A DNA stretch of 55,224 bases from Chloroflexota bacterium. Its GTDB lineage: Bacteria > Chloroflexota > Dormibacteria > Dormibacterales > Dormibacteraceae. The stretch's first letter is position 1; every line of letters begins with the position of its first letter. The DNA lies in assembly GCA_005881025.1 (NCBI GenBank), contig VBFO01000007.1, positions 1-55,224 on the forward strand. The letters are read 5' to 3'. Positions 9,291 through 17,287 of the stretch are shown one piece after another. The translations under genes were made by a program, and so were the position numbers. Under the pieces are notes generated by a model. It saw only the letters and a program-made list of their open reading frames with translations. It had not been told where the DNA came from and did no database searches.

Positions 9291-10442
9291 ATGAGGCTCG
9301 AAGAAGCCAGGAGGCAGATTCGAGAGCGCTCGGACCTGCACGCGTTCATATCGATCTCCACCGAAGAGGGCGAGGGGACGGTGGTGGCGGTGAAGGACCT
9401 GATCGACGTGAAAGGCATGGCGACCACCGCCGGAGGCGTCATCCTCCCGCCAGATCCGGCCGCCTCGGACGCCCCGATGATCGCGACCCTCCGCCGGCAG
9501 GGCTGCGTGATGGTCGGGAAGACGAACCTGCACGAGTTTGCTTACGGGGTCACCAGCGTCAACCCTCACTACGGAGCGGTGCTGAACCCTCACGACCCGA
9601 CCCGCGTCGCCGGCGGCTCTTCCGGAGGTTCGGCGGTGGCCGTCGCGGCCGGGATGTGCGACTGGGCGATCGGCACCGACACCGGAGGATCGATCCGGAT
9701 CCCAGCCTCGTTGTGTGGCGTCGTCGGTTTCAAGCCGAAGCTCGGCACGATTACGACCGAGGGCGTCTTCCCGCTGAGCAAGTCGCTCGATACGGTGGGA
9801 CCGATGGCGAGCGACGTGGCGTCGGTCGCGCGTGCGTTCGGCCAGATGAGCGCAGGCAGCGATCAGGCTCTGGAGACGCCGCGTCCGCGGCTGGCGGTGC
9901 CGAAGGGCTGGGTTCGGGACCTGGATGAGACCACGGAGTGGGCCTGGCGTCGTGTGTCGGCGGGATTGCCCGAGGTCGATTTCGTTGAGCACTCGGTGCT
10001 GTTCACCACCGGCCTCACGATCCTCCTCGTCGAGGCGGCTGCTGTTCACGGCCGGTGGGCCGCTGAGCATCCGGAGAGCTACGGCCCCGACGTGCTGGCG
10101 CACATCCGCCGAGGCATGGAAGTTCCGGCTGCCGAGTACGAACGCGCGATCTCGAGCCTGAGCGAGCTGCGAGCGGCAGCACAGCGGTCGATGGAGGATA
10201 TCGACGCCCTCCTGCTGCCGGCGACCGCGATCGTGGCGCCGCCGGTGGCCGCGGGCAACGAGGCGCGCGAGCCGCTCGCTCGGTTCACGCGGCCCTTCAA
10301 CACCACCGGCCAGCCAGTGGTGGCCATCCCGGCTCCGACAGCCGGGCTGCCGGTGGGGATGCAGGTCGTCGGGCGCACGAATGAGGGCGCCCTTGCGGCG
10401 GCGGCATGGCTCGAAGCCGAATGGCGAGGGCTGACGGCTTGA
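9291..10442 (+). CDS. Amidase-signature family amidase
   Basis: Signature GGSSGGSAVAVAAGMCDWAIGTDTGGSIRIPASLCGVVGFKPKLG. I prefer the ATG at 9291 (MRLEEARRQIRERSDLHAFISI) over the TTG at 9243, which would overlap the divergent gene start. Confidence 0.85.
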   Translation: MRLEEARRQIRERSDLHAFISISTEEGEGTVVAVKDLIDVKGMATTAGGVILPPDPAASDAPMIATLRRQGCVMVGKTNLHEFAYGVTSVNPHYGAVLNPHDPTRVAGGSSGGSAVAVAAGMCDWAIGTDTGGSIRIPASLCGVVGFKPKLGTITTEGVFPLSKSLDTVGPMASDVASVARAFGQMSAGSDQALETPRPRLAVPKGWVRDLDETTEWAWRRVSAGLPEVDFVEHSVLFTTGLTILLVEAAAVHGRWAAEHPESYGPDVLAHIRRGMEVPAAEYERAISSLSELRAAAQRSMEDIDALLLPATAIVAPPVAAGNEAREPLARFTRPFNTTGQPVVAIPAPTAGLPVGMQVVGRTNEGALAAAAWLEAEWRGLTA

Positions 10443-11257
10443 AGTCCAAGGACCTCTACCCGGCTGTCTTCAGCCGGTACGCCGAGGTGTATCAGAAGCG
10501 GCTGGAGAGCATCATGTCGCGCCGAGAGTCGAGAAGCCGTCTGCGCCTGATCGAGCTGGTCGGCGCGCAGCCCGGGATGCGGATCATCGATCTGGCTTGC
10601 GGTCCCGGGACGCTGACGCGAGTCCTCGCCGCCGACGTCACGCCGGGTGGCGAGGTGGTGGGCGTCGATCTGGCGCCGGGAATGGTTGAGCTGGCCAGGA
10701 GATCGTCCCCGCCCAACGCCTCTTTCGAGGTGATGGACATCGAACACCTCGCCTTTGCCGATGGGGTCTTCGACGCAGCGGTCTGCGGTCACGGCCTCCA
10801 GTTCGTGCCCGACCTGGACCAGGCTCTGCGCGAGACGCGGCGGGTGCTGCGGCAGGGCGGCACGTTTGCCGCCAGCGTCCCTTTGTCAGGACTCAAGGAG
10901 TCGGTGTGGGAGCTCATCGACTCGGTGGTCGATCGCCATTTGCCGCCGCCGCCGGAGATCGCCGATGCGCGCGAGACGAGGGCCACCGTCCGGGATGCCG
11001 GTGCGCTCGAGTCCGCTGCCGCAGGGGCCGGATTCGGTGAGGTGAGTGTCGAGGCAATCGAAGAAGCGGTCGTGTGGGAGTCGGCCGAGCAGCTGGTCTC
11101 GATGTTCATGGGCTGGTGGGACTTCGCATACCGAATCGAGGGTCTTGACGAGCGTTCCCGTCAAGCCTTCATGGATGAGGCCACCGAGGTCGTGCGTAGG
11201 CAGCACCCGGGCGCGATCAAGACGGTCGGAAGGAACCTCGTCCTTTCCGCACGCTGA
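10406..11257 (+). CDS. Class I SAM-dependent methyltransferase
   Basis: Motif I RIIDLACGPGTL and a Methyltransf_11-like pattern. An alternative TTG start at 10439 would overlap the amidase stop (TTGA). Confidence 0.8.
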   Translation: MARSRMARADGLKSKDLYPAVFSRYAEVYQKRLESIMSRRESRSRLRLIELVGAQPGMRIIDLACGPGTLTRVLAADVTPGGEVVGVDLAPGMVELARRSSPPNASFEVMDIEHLAFADGVFDAAVCGHGLQFVPDLDQALRETRRVLRQGGTFAASVPLSGLKESVWELIDSVVDRHLPPPPEIADARETRATVRDAGALESAAAGAGFGEVSVEAIEEAVVWESAEQLVSMFMGWWDFAYRIEGLDERSRQAFMDEATEVVRRQHPGAIKTVGRNLVLSAR

Positions 11258-11280
11258 TGAGCGGCGCCGCTCACTGAGTC

Positions 11281-11353
11281 GCACGGTTGGCACCAAACAA
11301 GCGGAATCAGGGCCTCGGTAAAGCACGGTAGGCACCAAACGGGCGGAACCGGG
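11281..11353. repeat. Two tandem copies of a 31-nt unit (period 42 nt)
   Basis: gcacggttggcaccaaacaagcggaatcagg (11281-11311) versus gcacggtaggcaccaaacgggcggaaccggg (11323-11353). 26 of 31 positions are identical. Lies between convergent genes. Confidence 0.7.
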
Positions 11354-11367
11354 ACGTTTGCGATTAC

Positions 11368-11397
11368 AAAAAAGGCCGGCCGCCACAGCGACCGGCC
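11368..11397 (-). terminator. Intrinsic terminator of the cold-shock gene
   Basis: Minus-strand RNA GGCCGGUCGC-UGUG-GCGGCCGGCC (10-bp stem including one G-U pair) followed by UUUUUU. It lies 16 nt after the csp stop. Confidence 0.75.
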
Positions 11398-11412
11398 GCT
11401 CAAGAGCTCTGG

Positions 11413-11616
11413 CTACGCGAGCTTGATTCGGTTCGCGCGAGGACCTTTCTGGCTCGGCTCGATCTCGAAGCTGACCCGCTCGCCGCCGGCGAGGGAGTCG
11501 AAGTTCACGCTCGAGTCGAGGCCGGTTCGGTGGAAGAAGTACTCCCGACCGTCCTCGGCTGCGATGAAGCCGAAACCGCGGTCCGATACCAGCTTCTTGA
11601 TGGTGCCTGTCGGCAT
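11413..11616 (-). CDS. csp: Cold-shock protein (CSD, CspA family)
   Basis: 67 aa from the ATG at 11616: MPTGTIKKLVSDRGFGFIAAEDGREYFFH... with RNP1 (GFGFI) and RNP2 (YFFH) motifs. SD GGAG lies 7 nt upstream. Confidence 0.9.
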   Translation of the reverse strand: MPTGTIKKLVSDRGFGFIAAEDGREYFFHRTGLDSSVNFDSLAGGERVSFEIEPSQKGPRANRIKLA

Positions 11617-11626
11617 CTGAAACTCC

Positions 11627-11670
11627 TCTTCTCGAAAGCAATCCACGAACGCACGGCCCTTTCGAGAAGA
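11627..11670 (-). promoter_or_regulatory. 12-bp perfect hairpin in the csp 5' leader, abutting the SD
   Basis: 11627-11638 (tcttctcgaaag) is the exact reverse complement of 11659-11670. The loop is 20 nt. In the mRNA the 3' arm ends directly at the GGAG SD. Confidence 0.5.
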
Positions 11671-11744
11671 TCGACGACCGCGGCGGACGATCGCCCGCTT
11701 CGGGCGACGCTCCTACAGTACCACGGCCTCCCGAGGGTGCCAGC

Positions 11745-12590
11745 TCAAGCGGCCAGGAGCAGCACGCCGAGCAGCGTCGAGGCCGCGCCGGCGAGCTTGA
11801 GCCCCGCCGCCTTGCGTTCCCCCAGGCGCCAGATCCCCCAGATCGCGACGGCCACGATCGCCGTCTCTCGCACCGGAGCGACCACCGCGAGCGGAGCCAG
11901 GTAAAGAGCCGCCAGCACGAGCAGATAGGCGCCCCACGAGATCACACCGATAAGCGCGCCCTGGCGCCACGAGATCGCCCCGGCGTCTTGCGGGCGCGTC
12001 CGAAATCGCGCCCCGAATCGAATCGAGATGGCCATGCCGGTCGCCATGAGCACGATCAAGACCCACCCGTAAAACCACGGCGCTGTAAGCCTCACCCCGA
12101 CCCTGTCCACTGCCGTGTAGCTCGCGATCGCAACGCCGGTGAGCAGCGCCGGAAGCGTGGCCTTGGCGCTGGTTTGCGGAAGCGTCACCGCCAGGATGCC
12201 AGCCAGCAGCAAACCGACTCCAATGAGCTGGGCGCTGGAGAGGCGTTCGCCAAGCACACCGAGCCCTATGCCGACAGCCAGCAGTGGTGCCGAGCCCCGA
12301 GCGATCGGGTACACGACCGACAGCTCGCCGCGCGCATAGGCCGACGAAAGCAGCCACATGTAGGCGACCTCGAGCACGGCCGACGCTGACACGAAACCCA
12401 GAGTCGCGAGGCTGAAAGCCGGCCGAAACGCGACGTAGGCGATGATCGCGGGCACCGTCATGATCGCGGCGGCCGCCAAGGTCGAGCGATAGAACGCGAT
12501 CAGCGGGTCGGCGCTGGTTTTGACCAGCACGTTCCACGTTCCGTGCATCGCCGCCGCGACCAGCGCGAGCGCGATGGCGACGAGGATCAC
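11745..12590 (-). CDS. DMT-superfamily (EamA-like) transporter
   Basis: 281-aa, about 10-TM hydrophobic protein with a two-fold EamA-like repeat pattern. Confidence 0.8.
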   Translation of the reverse strand: MILVAIALALVAAAMHGTWNVLVKTSADPLIAFYRSTLAAAAIMTVPAIIAYVAFRPAFSLATLGFVSASAVLEVAYMWLLSSAYARGELSVVYPIARGSAPLLAVGIGLGVLGERLSSAQLIGVGLLLAGILAVTLPQTSAKATLPALLTGVAIASYTAVDRVGVRLTAPWFYGWVLIVLMATGMAISIRFGARFRTRPQDAGAISWRQGALIGVISWGAYLLVLAALYLAPLAVVAPVRETAIVAVAIWGIWRLGERKAAGLKLAGAASTLLGVLLLAA

Positions 12591-12628
12591 GCCCGAACTT
12601 TAGTGCGACAATCGACTCGGGTCGGGGC

Positions 12629-14209
12629 ATGCCGAAAGCTCATTACGAGCCGCTCTCCGGGTTCGACACGTGGTTCCTCTATGGCGAAAGGCATGAGGCC
12701 CCGCTGCACATCGGAGCCGCCTACATCTTCGAGGGCCGAACGCAGACCAAGGGAGGTCGAGGCGCGCTAGGACTCGCGCGCACCATCGAGGAACGGCTTC
12801 ACCTCGTTCCCCGCTATCGACAGAAGCTGCTTTGGGCTCCTGTCAATCTCGGGCAACCGGTGTGGGTTGACGATCCCGACTTCGATCTGTCTTTTCACGT
12901 CAGGAGAGCGGCTCTCGCAAGTCCCGGCGACGACGACAGGCTGCGCGACTACGTCGCTCGCGTTTTTGCGCGTCCGCTCGACCTCAACAAGCCCCTGTGG
13001 GAGATGACGATCATCGAGGGGCTGACCGAGGGCAGAGTCGCCGTTGTCAGCAAGGTGCATCACGCCATGGTCGACGGGATCTCGACGCTGGACATCGCCA
13101 CACTGCTGCTCGACCCCGGGCCTGATCCGGCGAAGTACGGACGGCCCAAGCGCTGGAAGCCGCGGCCTGCACCAAGCCGAGGCGAGCTCTTGCGGCAAAC
13201 CGTCGACCGGCTTTCGCCCGCCGAGTGGGTGAAGAGCGTCATAAGGTTGCGGCCCCAGCAGCTCGTCGCAGCGGTGATGCAATCACCCTGGGCCGGCGGC
13301 GTACAACTTGCTCTCTCCTGGCTGCGACCTGGCGAGCCGATGTTTTTCAACCGGCCGATCGGTCCTCACCGCCGCGTGCACTCAGTCAAGGTCCCGCTGC
13401 AGTCGCTGAAGGACATCAAGAACTCATTCGGCGGAACGGTGAACGATGCGGTGCTCGCGGTTATTGGTGAGGCGATCTCGCGCTGGCTGTACGAGCGTGG
13501 CGAAGCAGTGCCCGAAACGCTGCGCGTCTTCGCGCCCGTAAGCGTGCGGGACGACAGCCAGCGTTACCAGCTCGGCAACCTCGTCAGCGCGATGGTGGTG
13601 GACGTACCGCTGGCGCCCATGCTGCCCAAGGACCGAATGAATCTCGTCACCACCAACACCGGCGACCTGAAGCGTTCGCGCGCAGCGGTCGCCGCACGCA
13701 CGCTCACGCACATTGCCAACTGGGCGCCCGCCACCCTGCAAGGGCTGGCCGGCCGCGCCATGACATCGCAGCTGCAGTGGTCGCCGCAATCGATCGTGAA
13801 CATCGTGGCCACGAACATCCCCGGACCGCAGTTCCCGTTCTATACGGGCGGCGCCGAGCTCATCGAGGTCTGGCCGTTCGTCTCGATCTATCACTCGCTC
13901 GGGCTGAACATCGCGATCGTCTCCTACAACGGAAGCGTCTTCTTCGGCCTGCTCGCAGATCGGGACCTGGTCCCCGACCTTGCTGACTTCGCCCGCCACC
14001 TCGAGCAATCGGTCATCGAGTTTCGCGGCGCTGCCGTGGCGAAACCCGCTGTCCGGCGGCGCTCAAGGCGAGCGACGCGGCCTCGCCAGCAGGCGTCCGA
14101 GCAGCCGGTAGACCTCGGGGTTGACGATCATTCCGTTGTGGCTGCCCCAAACGGACATCGCGGGGATGTCGGGACGGAGGCAGCTGCGAAAGTTCACGAC
14201 GTCGTCTGA
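12629..14209 (+). CDS. Wax ester synthase / diacylglycerol acyltransferase (WS/DGAT)
   Basis: Catalytic HHAMVDGIS (HHxxxDG) motif and a typical N-terminus (PLSGFDTWFLYGE). The last 50 or so codons overlap the convergent hydrolase gene. Confidence 0.85.
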   Translation: MPKAHYEPLSGFDTWFLYGERHEAPLHIGAAYIFEGRTQTKGGRGALGLARTIEERLHLVPRYRQKLLWAPVNLGQPVWVDDPDFDLSFHVRRAALASPGDDDRLRDYVARVFARPLDLNKPLWEMTIIEGLTEGRVAVVSKVHHAMVDGISTLDIATLLLDPGPDPAKYGRPKRWKPRPAPSRGELLRQTVDRLSPAEWVKSVIRLRPQQLVAAVMQSPWAGGVQLALSWLRPGEPMFFNRPIGPHRRVHSVKVPLQSLKDIKNSFGGTVNDAVLAVIGEAISRWLYERGEAVPETLRVFAPVSVRDDSQRYQLGNLVSAMVVDVPLAPMLPKDRMNLVTTNTGDLKRSRAAVAARTLTHIANWAPATLQGLAGRAMTSQLQWSPQSIVNIVATNIPGPQFPFYTGGAELIEVWPFVSIYHSLGLNIAIVSYNGSVFFGLLADRDLVPDLADFARHLEQSVIEFRGAAVAKPAVRRRSRRATRPRQQASEQPVDLGVDDHSVVAAPNGHRGDVGTEAAAKVHDVV

Positions 14210-15007
14210 ACGCGTGTAGATAGAGGTAGTCGGCACCGCCGGCGGCTGGCGCAGGTCGTGGGCAAATCTGCCCTCGGAATGAAACCGGCGGCCGAAACGC
14301 AGCTGGTTGGCCGTCTTCACGACGCCCACCGCCACGTTCGTCAGAGCCGCGACGTCGAACTGGTCCGCGAAAGGTGAGCCGAGCCCGATCACCTGCTCGA
14401 CCGAATCGGGCACGCGGGACGAGAGCACCTTCGAAAGCACTCCGCCTCGGCTGTGGCCGACAAAGCTGACCCGCGACCCGGTTTCCTCTCGCACCTGCTT
14501 CAGGCGACCGCGCAGGGCGGCGATGAGATGCTCGGAGTGCGCCACGTTGAGCTGAATGCCAGACAGAAAGGATCGATAACCGACACGCTGCAGCCAGCTA
14601 TGAAGCACCATCAGCGACCAGTCACCGGAAAGAAAACCCGGCACCAGCAGGACAGGGCGGCCGTCGCCGTGCGGAACGCCGCGCCCACGCAGCACAGGGT
14701 CGCGCACGAGCGCGGTCATCTCCCTGAGGGCCAACGGATCCCAGAGCTTCACTCGCTCTGGGATGGTAGGTTGATGGCCCGCCGGACAGGCCTCTACGCG
14801 GTATAGATAGTTCCGTCCGGCGCGACCTCGACCTTGATCGAGGGCAGCGGAGTCAGGGCGGGCGGTTTCCGGGGGGTGCCTATACAGACAGTATGTTAAG
14901 CTGCGGTTGTTGGGAGCGCTCGAGACTCGTGCGTCGATCCTGAAGGCGGCCAGGGAACTCATCGTGGCGGCTCCGCCAGGGGCTGCGACTCCCAGCCTTG
15001 GATCCAT
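14063..15007 (-). CDS. Lipase-like alpha/beta hydrolase (paralog A)
   Basis: LLVPGFLSGDW..., nucleophile elbow GHSRGG, ...TRSDDVV..., ...GSHNGM... Roughly half of aligned residues match ORF 16375..17172 by eye. Start uncertain: ATG at 15007, 14962 or 14719. The first two overlap the TetR gene start. Confidence 0.7.
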   Translation of the reverse strand: MDPRLGVAAPGGAATMSSLAAFRIDARVSSAPNNRSLTYCLYRHPPETARPDSAALDQGRGRAGRNYLYRVEACPAGHQPTIPERVKLWDPLALREMTALVRDPVLRGRGVPHGDGRPVLLVPGFLSGDWSLMVLHSWLQRVGYRSFLSGIQLNVAHSEHLIAALRGRLKQVREETGSRVSFVGHSRGGVLSKVLSSRVPDSVEQVIGLGSPFADQFDVAALTNVAVGVVKTANQLRFGRRFHSEGRFAHDLRQPPAVPTTSIYTRSDDVVNFRSCLRPDIPAMSVWGSHNGMIVNPEVYRLLGRLLARPRRSP

Positions 15008-15449
15008 CGCCGGACGGGCGGGGGTGTCGCGGCTCAGCGTCTACCACCACTTCGGCTCGAAGGCTGGGCTCGAGACGGCTATCGCCGCCGCGGCGCCGGC
15101 GATCGTGACCACCGCCGGGCAGGCCGCCGGGAGCAGTCCGCAGGATCTAGTTCGACTCCGTGTCGCGGGAGCCTGCGAGCGGTGGGCGGCCGACCCTGCC
15201 CTGTTTCGCCGCCTGCCCGCCGCCGGCAGAGATTCGGATCACGAGGCCGACCGCCAGCTTGCCCTGGCTCTGGCCGGCGCTGATCTCCTCCGGCCGGGCT
15301 GCTCCCTGAAGGAGGCCGAGGATGTGATCAGCCTTGTCGCTTCATTTGAGGCCTTCGACAGGATGCACGGCGACGGCCGCCGGTCGGTCCACGCCGTGGT
15401 CGAGATCCTGATCCGCCTGGCAGGCTCGATCCTCGCCTCCCGGCCCTAG
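14907..15449 (+). CDS. TetR/AcrR-family transcriptional regulator
   Basis: N-terminal HTH pattern TRASILKAARELI...SLGSIAGRAGVSRLSVYHHFGSKAGL. TTG start. Confidence 0.8.
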   Translation: MLGALETRASILKAARELIVAAPPGAATPSLGSIAGRAGVSRLSVYHHFGSKAGLETAIAAAAPAIVTTAGQAAGSSPQDLVRLRVAGACERWAADPALFRRLPAAGRDSDHEADRQLALALAGADLLRPGCSLKEAEDVISLVASFEAFDRMHGDGRRSVHAVVEILIRLAGSILASRP

Positions 15450-15459
15450 AATTGACGCG

Positions 15460-16350
15460 TTGCGCCATAAGGTCGTCGACCTGGACGGGCCTGTCCACTT
15501 TCTCGACTTCGGTGGCGAGGGAAACCCCCTGCTCATGGTCCACGGGCTGGGCGGCAACGCGCTCAACTGGATGGCGGTCGGACCGGCGCTCTCAGAGCGT
15601 CATCACACCCTTGCGATCGACCTCGCGGGCTTTGGCCAGACCCCCCTGTTCCACCGCTCAGCGGCGGTCGGCGCCAACGCAGAGCTGGTGACTGCGTTTA
15701 TCGAGCAGGTCTTCGACGAGCCAGTGACCCTGATGGGCAACTCCATGGGTGGCCACATCTCGATCCTGGTCGCGGCCGACCACCCCGGCTGGATCGAGAA
15801 GCTGGTGCTCGTCGACCCCGCGGTCCCCGGCGTGCATGTACGGAGGCCGGAGCCCGCGATGCTCGGCGTGATGGCGGCGCTGTCCGTCCCCGGACTCGCG
15901 GAAACCCTACTCGACCGCCGGGTTCGCCTCCTGGGACCGGAACGGCTGGTGATGGAGACCCTCGAGCTGGTTTGCGCGGATCCCAGCCGGGTGAGCGGCG
16001 AGATCATTTCGGCCCACGTTCGCCTCACAGCCGAGCGTGCAAGCCTGGGCAGCCAGAACAGTCGCGCGTTCCTCCAGGCCAGTCGCTCGATCGGGCTTCG
16101 GATGGCGGACCCACGCTTCTGGGCGCATGCGCGGCGCGTGAAGGCGCCCACCCTGGTCATCCATGGCGACAAGGATCGGCTCATCCCGATCGCCTCGGCA
16201 CGCGACCTCGTGCGCCGTCTGCCGGAGTGGCAGCTCGACGTGCTCGAGGGCGTGGGACACGTGCCCATGATGGAAACGCCCGAGCAATTCTTGAGGGCCT
16301 TGAACCCCTGGCTGGCGTATAAAATTGCGCGGACCGCCGCGATCTCTTAA
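15460..16350 (+). CDS. Alpha/beta-fold hydrolase (MhpC/BioH-like)
   Basis: LLMVHGLGGNALNW, nucleophile GNSMGG, HGDKDRLIP, GHVPMMETPEQF. Confidence 0.85.
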   Translation: MRHKVVDLDGPVHFLDFGGEGNPLLMVHGLGGNALNWMAVGPALSERHHTLAIDLAGFGQTPLFHRSAAVGANAELVTAFIEQVFDEPVTLMGNSMGGHISILVAADHPGWIEKLVLVDPAVPGVHVRRPEPAMLGVMAALSVPGLAETLLDRRVRLLGPERLVMETLELVCADPSRVSGEIISAHVRLTAERASLGSQNSRAFLQASRSIGLRMADPRFWAHARRVKAPTLVIHGDKDRLIPIASARDLVRRLPEWQLDVLEGVGHVPMMETPEQFLRALNPWLAYKIARTAAIS

Positions 16351-16374
16351 CGGAGCTGCACTCAACACCACACC

Positions 16375-17172
16375 TTGGCCACGGCCTCAGACGCACATGT
16401 AAGACGGCGGAACCGCTGGGAAGAGATCGCAGCGTCGATGCTTCCCGACCTCCGCCATCTCGGCCGCTGGGATCCTGTGCCCCCCATGTGGCTGGAAGGC
16501 CGCTTTTATCTCGAGTACATCCGGCTCATCCGCAACCCGGTCTTCCGCGGCATCGATGTGCCGCCGGGCCTCGGCCGGCCGGTCATCCTGATCCCCGGTT
16601 TTCTGGCTGGAGACTGGACACTGCGCACCCCGTTTCACTGGCTTCGGCGCATCGGCTACCGCCCAAAGATGGCCGGTGTCGCCTTCAACGTCATGTACTC
16701 CGAGGTGATGTTGCGGCCGCTGATCGATTCGCTGGTCGCGCTGCATCGTCGCACCGGAGCTCGGGTCTCGCTGGTCGGGCACAGCCGCGGAGGGGTGCTT
16801 GCGAAGGTGCTGGCGCATCGCAAGCCTGAGCTGATCGAGCAGGTGATCACGCTCGGCTCGCCTTTGAGCGATCCATTCGACATACATCCGCTGACCATGG
16901 CGGGCGTGCGCGCCGCGCACGTTTTCAACGTCATGCGCTACGGCCATCCAGCGTCGGTCGAGATGCGCTTCCTCCGCGACCTGGCGGCGCCACCGAAGGT
17001 GCCGACGACCTCGCTTTATTCGCGATCGGACGGCGTCGTGAACTGGAAGGCGTGCCTGCGATCGGACATCAACGCGATCGAGGTGCAGGGGAGCCACGTC
17101 GGCCTAGCGCTCAACCCGGAGGTCTACCGCATCCTCGCGCACATGCTGCCGGCGCCATGGAGGGTCCGCTAG
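16375..17172 (+). CDS. Lipase-like alpha/beta hydrolase (paralog B)
   Basis: ILIPGFLAGDW, GHSRGG, SRSDGVV, GSHVGL. Clear paralog of 14063..15007. Confidence 0.8.
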   Translation: MATASDAHVRRRNRWEEIAASMLPDLRHLGRWDPVPPMWLEGRFYLEYIRLIRNPVFRGIDVPPGLGRPVILIPGFLAGDWTLRTPFHWLRRIGYRPKMAGVAFNVMYSEVMLRPLIDSLVALHRRTGARVSLVGHSRGGVLAKVLAHRKPELIEQVITLGSPLSDPFDIHPLTMAGVRAAHVFNVMRYGHPASVEMRFLRDLAAPPKVPTTSLYSRSDGVVNWKACLRSDINAIEVQGSHVGLALNPEVYRILAHMLPAPWRVR

Positions 17173-17183
17173 CGGTCTCGTAA

Positions 17184-17287
17184 GATCGTTGCGAACGCGG
17201 GAGCTCGCGAACTTTCGGGGGCTGAGAGGGCGCCGCCGCGCCGACCGCATGAACCTGAACTGGGTAATGCCAGCGGAGGGACGGATC
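17184..17287 (+). promoter_or_regulatory. TPP (THI-box) riboswitch
   Basis: GGGGGCUGAGA (17217-17227) ... GAACCUGAAC-UGGGUAAUGCCAGCG-GAGGGA (17251-17281) matches the conserved TPP aptamer core. It ends 6 nt before the ATG at 17288, and the conserved GGAGGGA doubles as the SD. The 5' boundary is approximate. Confidence 0.85.

Noticed and set aside
9249-10103. The N-terminal 285 codons of the 454-aa minus-strand ORF 8739..10103.
   Set aside because: This part lies entirely antisense to the amidase gene, which carries the full amidase signature. Its composition is Arg/His/Gly-rich and unlike a real protein. Only the 3' 169 codons are kept.
17189-17287. The ORF-track start (17189) for the NCS1 permease.
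   Set aside because: It would translate straight through the TPP riboswitch aptamer. The ATG at 17288 follows the SD-like GGAGGGA.
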